NCBI GenBank assembly: GCA_965215515.1
Contig: OZ244057.1
Span: 1,056,001 to 1,120,000 of the forward strand
Length of the DNA: 64,000 bases
Reading direction: 5' to 3'
Source of the DNA: Oligoflexales bacterium
GTDB taxonomy: Bacteria > Bdellovibrionota_B > Oligoflexia > Oligoflexales > JAPPIL01
Shown one piece after another: positions 61,001 to 64,000 of this stretch. Both the position numbers and the translations under genes were made by a program. The notes beneath the pieces were generated by a model. It did not search any database, was not told where the DNA came from, and saw nothing but the letters and a program-made list of their open reading frames with translations. Positions within the stretch are counted from its first letter, which is position 1, and every line of letters starts with the position of its first letter.

Positions 61001-61322
61001 CAATATCGATGATATCGATGCCGAAAACCCTAGCAACGCTGAGTGGCAAGCTAACAATAATCAATTTCAACAACAACCAGGACAACAAGGCAATCAGCAA
61101 GGTTTTGGGCAAAACAGCCAACAATTCAACGATGAGGAATTCAATAATGCACAACTAAATAACGAAGATTTCAACAATGCGCAACTTAATGATGAGGATC
61201 TCAATGATGAAGAAACGCAAGATGTTGAAGAGATAGACTTAAACGAAGAACAGAACGATGATGACCAGGAAGAAAATGCGTTTACTATAGATCAGCAACA
61301 GAATCTCGGTAACCAGTTTTAG
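57999..61322 (+). CDS. pilQ: Type IV pilus secretin PilQ with long acidic low-complexity insertions
   Basis: VPWDEAL, D.RTNSL, LD....QV.I..RIVE, GET..IGG, GVPLLS.IPILG.LF, RELL..VTP.I. Confidence 0.93.
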   Translation: MKSKLTFILAITLLPSCSAAQTEEDAALQSTVDAAIINAQDIDSDEQDVDQLVQQQDFDEQQEENNIVIENNQDISDEQGAIDEFDEIVGQQNNDNFNLEENEFNQQGIAQQEDIFGQQFQQSNEQMLLNEDMPEAPADEQALVEVDTEGSDTAVEVDTEGSDTTASTGVVHWIGYVYKAEETLVNIEIVTKNNPKFDIYQEINRAKQKEIVVRYYNTRLRKKMQRDIDASEFRSPVAYIRTRQGKEEGVVEVVLTIRDEVETKYLAKENSLLLSFPIPKRYFGNDEVAVEPSEQAIDLSSPLIIVQMEDSKPPRLGKVLGYVFNREVFKEVDVDSMQTLPAEPISFGNTVENAAIEEDSNNTTLTAENSINNTNDDNYEQQNQQEDFQENFQENFQENDNYEQQNQQENFQENFQENQQENFQENDNEESAAFHEAIFLHVGQDAADDFSTPNSLSNDTTDAEGLPVETNNATPPDAAVNALPETGQVTGNTQEMGQINANNINNSVASEEALLDEDSLLAPLHGVETVGKESAEEDIAVSEAKAVRMVFRDAPLSEVLHAIRVETGTNFIFTPNIGSRRIFLNLSNVPWDEALRALLEVNNLGMVKIGDNLVRIDTLSAIEAYKKQVQSLQIQEGRLQATKIMIIKLSHAKAGEMQGMIKNLLAKVISEDERIRVEVDGRTNSLLIEALPQDLAKIRVLIDRLDYRAPQVKIASRIVEILDNTATGFGISWSGPINYDQSRGLGFGSLIFPNFATASFAIDGGGGGLTGGDNHGASFGVHFGSLNDSVALDLRLNMSEIQGRTETLQTNNVIVQDGGTASISTGTSDHFILQGGGDQGGSVQTVSYNVSLSVSPTITADNSVEMTINISSNTPTTSGAGQTSSSNRSINTSLLRQSGETLAIGGLYTMNKTKGHGGVPLLSAIPILGALFRSYSKAESRRELLFLVTPTILHSGKAGDDDDDFGEQGNTNFGNNMQANNQFQESNQFQEGNQLQEEQNFNIDDIDAENPSNAEWQANNNQFQQQPGQQGNQQGFGQNSQQFNDEEFNNAQLNNEDFNNAQLNDEDLNDEETQDVEEIDLNEEQNDDDQEENAFTIDQQQNLGNQF
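58428..58490 (+). repeat. 33-bp in-frame tandem duplication in pilQ (VEVDTEGSDT x2)
   Basis: gttgaagttgacacggaagggagtgacaca repeated exactly. Confidence 0.9.
59125..59285 (+). repeat. Compound in-frame tandem repeats in pilQ (12-bp QENF units, DNYEQQNQQE x2)
   Basis: Repeated caagaaaacttc and gataattatgagcagcaaaatcaacaagaa. Confidence 0.88.
61128..61212 (+). repeat. Degenerate 30-bp repeats in the pilQ tail (NDEEFNNAQL-like)
   Basis: NDEEFNNAQL/NNEDFNNAQL/NDEDLNDEE. Confidence 0.7.
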
Positions 61323-61375
61323 ATTAGCTAGTGATGTTTTAGGTTATAATTTAATAACTCAAACACGGTAAGAAA

Positions 61376-61921
61376 ATGTTTTTTTTGAGAAAAATTACTC
61401 GTGGTGCAGCACTGGCCTTTGCCACCATGTGCCTAAGCACTTGTGCGGGTAAAGTCGAAGGGCCAGCTGATTGCCCTATCGATTGTAGTAACGCCATCAA
61501 CGCGGTGAGCAACACGGTAATTACGCCGCTTATCCCCAGTGTAACAGTCAATTGTCAGGGCTCAACTGTGCCCAAAGTTGTGGAATTACTATTTACTATC
61601 GAAGCGCCCAGCGGTGAGAGTGAGGTGAATCCAACCACAACCACGGGGGCTATCTCTCGTCCCAGTATTAGTTTTCGTCCCGTGTTCAACGGCAGCTATG
61701 ATCCTAGTAAAACTAGCCTTCCTAACCAGGAACCTCAGTACAAAGGCATCCAAACGCCAAAAAATCAGTGGTGTAGCAGTACTTGTGGGGTGGCCAGAAT
61801 AGATGTCTGGCCGCAATGCGAAGAGGGAACTACGCTCACACATACGATGATGGTCATTTCAGGGCCTATCGCTTCACCTCCCATAAATATCTCCATGGTT
61901 GATACCACAGAGGAGGGCTGA
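61376..61921 (+). CDS. Cys-rich hypothetical lipoprotein downstream of pilQ
   Basis: Lipobox-like CLSTC, CPIDC and WCSSTCG. Confidence 0.75.
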   Translation: MFFLRKITRGAALAFATMCLSTCAGKVEGPADCPIDCSNAINAVSNTVITPLIPSVTVNCQGSTVPKVVELLFTIEAPSGESEVNPTTTTGAISRPSISFRPVFNGSYDPSKTSLPNQEPQYKGIQTPKNQWCSSTCGVARIDVWPQCEEGTTLTHTMMVISGPIASPPINISMVDTTEEG

Positions 61922-61924
61922 GTT

Positions 61925-62833
61925 ATGCAGGCATTGCCATCATCGGCATATTACCTAACCATCCTCGATAACTTCCCGTTGTTGCAATCAGATCGAGTAT
62001 TGTTGGAACGTTTTCGCCGCAATCCTGAGGGTCGTGGTTTTTTATCGGTGGCAGAGTTACTTAAGGCGTGTAATTTTCCTGCCGAAAGTCTTGAACTTTT
62101 GCAGAGTGGGGTCGCCGCACACCCTCGTTTTAGTGCGGCACGTGTCGTGTTGGCCAAAGAATTTTTTCAACGTGGCATGATCTGTGAGGCACTATCTATT
62201 ATTGAAGAGTCGCCTGTCAACCTCAAAACCAATATCATGGCACAGAAAATAAAATTGAAAGCACTGCTGTTATTGCAGCATGAGAAAGAATTTTGCGCGG
62301 TGCTTGATTTTCTGAGTGCGGATCGTGCTCTTGATGATGAGTGTGAGCAGCTCGCGCGTCTATTCCATCGTGATGGTTTTGGGCAAGCGTCGTCAGCCTT
62401 TGCGGCACGTCTTGTTACTGAAGGTGTGCCTGTCAACACCACTCCACCGTCTGTGCCTGTTACGCCCCCAAACTCATCTCCCCCCCCGCCAGAGCTTGGC
62501 AATTACTGGATCATGCCTGTCGATGAAATTTTTTTTCGTCCTACGGCTAACCGAGATGGGAGAGTTGCTGAGCTTGAGACAAAAGCAATGGCACAAGTTT
62601 ACGAGGATCAAGGCAATTATAGTAAAGCTTTGCAAATTTATCGATGTTTGTTAGCAAAGTTGCCGCACAATGAATTTTTAAGACATAAGGTAATCGAATT
62701 GGCACAGCTAGCTAAGCAACATAAACATCACCATCTGGTGCTCGATGCAGCCACTATTTCTAGAATAGAACAACTAGATAAAATTGATTTTAAACTAAAA
62801 AAATGTCGTGATTTTTTGCAGAAATTGCCATGA
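61925..62833 (+). CDS. TPR-containing protein
   Basis: F..NP.GRGF...AE.L and MAQVYEDQGNYSKALQIY..LL..LP.N TPR-like helices. Confidence 0.75.
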   Translation: MQALPSSAYYLTILDNFPLLQSDRVLLERFRRNPEGRGFLSVAELLKACNFPAESLELLQSGVAAHPRFSAARVVLAKEFFQRGMICEALSIIEESPVNLKTNIMAQKIKLKALLLLQHEKEFCAVLDFLSADRALDDECEQLARLFHRDGFGQASSAFAARLVTEGVPVNTTPPSVPVTPPNSSPPPPELGNYWIMPVDEIFFRPTANRDGRVAELETKAMAQVYEDQGNYSKALQIYRCLLAKLPHNEFLRHKVIELAQLAKQHKHHHLVLDAATISRIEQLDKIDFKLKKCRDFLQKLP

Positions 62834-63285
62834 ACAAAATAATCGTTGCCAACGGTGTTAACCTAGATCTCTGCGGACAGCGTGATGCCGAGCTGTACAG
62901 CAAGTTTACCCTTCTGCAACTTGAAAGTTATTTGCGGCAGCATGCAACGAGACTGTGCCCTTTGTTCAATTGCCATGATTGTGAATTAGTTTTTTTGCAA
63001 ACTAATTGTGAACATGAATTTCTCGCAGCAATATCAAAATCATGGTGCGGTGCATTGCTCAACCCAGGGGCTTGGACACATACCAGCCTTGCTCTCGGTG
63101 ATCGTCTAGCTGCTTTATCGCTGAAGTTCGTGGAAGTACACATCTCTCCGTTAGCAAGGAGAGCGACGCGGCGTGCGCGTTCCTACAGTGCTCCTTATGC
63201 TATTGGAGTAGTGAATGGTTTTGGTATTGATTCATATCTTGTTGCGCTTGTCGGTTTACTCAGTCACTTGCAGAGAGTAGCGTGA
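62830..63285 (+). CDS. aroQ: Type II 3-dehydroquinate dehydratase (divergent)
   Basis: NG.NL...G.R....Y, NPGAWTHTS.AL.D, VEVHIS, G.G...Y. Confidence 0.88.
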   Translation: MNKIIVANGVNLDLCGQRDAELYSKFTLLQLESYLRQHATRLCPLFNCHDCELVFLQTNCEHEFLAAISKSWCGALLNPGAWTHTSLALGDRLAALSLKFVEVHISPLARRATRRARSYSAPYAIGVVNGFGIDSYLVALVGLLSHLQRVA

Positions 63286-64000
63286 AGATTGATATTAAAC
63301 AGCTATCGTCCGCTTATCAGGAAAATTTTAAAAAAAGTGAGGTAATTCTTTCTTTTCATGATTTTTTGCAACGTCTTGCTGCCCAGCCTCGTCGCTTGCT
63401 AAGAAATTCTGCTCAATACTTGCTAGATACTTTTGATCATTTTGGACGCGAGGAAAGCGATGTTGACAACAAATTTCGTCTGCGCCTCTTCGATCTTTCT
63501 ACTCCCAACTGTCCTACGATCATCGGCTGCGAGGAAGTGCAACACTCTATTTATGAAGCGGTACATACTTTTTGCACACAAGGACAGATCAATAAACTCA
63601 TCATGTTACATGGCCCCAACGGGGCTGCCAAGACTTCTATGATTGAAACAATTGCGGAAGCTATGTATCGCTATTCAACTCGTGAGGAAGGCTGTGTTTA
63701 TCGCTTTAATTGGATTTTTCCTCAAGATCCTGACAAGGTTGCATGGTTGAAAGGAGAAAGTCGTCCCATCGGATTTAACGACGAAGAGCCACATCGTGCT
63801 AAAGCAAATTCCTACGCTGACCTTAACGATGATCAGATAAGTTGCAAAATTCCTTCCGAGTTTAAAGAAAATCCTCTTTACCTTTTACCGATGCCACAAC
63901 GAGCGCAAATTATCAAACAGTGGCTGGCTGAGAGTGAGAATATTCCTGTTGAAGAAGTTGAATTGCCACCCCATGTGTTGTTGTCAGGTCTCTCGAAACG
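63282..64000 (+). CDS. prkA: PrkA-family serine protein kinase/AAA ATPase, 3'-truncated by the window edge (absent from the ORF track)
   Basis: GTG start overlaps the aroQ stop. Open frame reads ...LLRNSAQYLLDTFDHFG...KLIMLHGPNGAAKTS...EEGCVYRFNWIFP. Confidence 0.88.
   Translation, partial: MKIDIKQLSSAYQENFKKSEVILSFHDFLQRLAAQPRRLLRNSAQYLLDTFDHFGREESDVDNKFRLRLFDLSTPNCPTIIGCEEVQHSIYEAVHTFCTQGQINKLIMLHGPNGAAKTSMIETIAEAMYRYSTREEGCVYRFNWIFPQDPDKVAWLKGESRPIGFNDEEPHRAKANSYADLNDDQISCKIPSEFKENPLYLLPMPQRAQIIKQWLAESENIPVEEVELPPHVLLSGLSK

Overview
Bacterial chromosomal window that is mostly housekeeping. It carries pepQ, recA, an arginase, tgt, groES-groEL, pdhABC, fabF, hemE, HU, gltX, an oligopeptide ABC permease set, gpmI, a CBS-like PLP enzyme, pilMNOPQ, aroQ and a partial prkA. 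The gene mix (CFI-box-CTERM protein, pilMNOPQ-TPR-aroQ-prkA order, many orphan lipoproteins) suggests a Bdellovibrionota/Oligoflexia-like or other former-deltaproteobacterial genome; this is inference only. I found no rRNA, tRNA, CRISPR array, transposase or reverse transcriptase. The most notable features are: (1) a 146-bp non-autonomous element with 17-bp terminal inverted repeats, flanked by an apparent ~0.5-kb direct repeat, with two further solo copies of its end elsewhere; (2) a 1297-aa exported protein with an atypical kinase-like core, translationally coupled to a lipid acyltransferase; (3) a dispersed family of orphan lipoproteins sharing a Cys-pair motif and Gly-rich hydrophobic segments; (4) a ~150-nt rod-shaped candidate ncRNA; (5) a very long PilQ padded with acidic Q/N/E repeats; (6) several apparent pseudo-enzymes. 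All calls come from reading motifs by eye, and no database searches were run.
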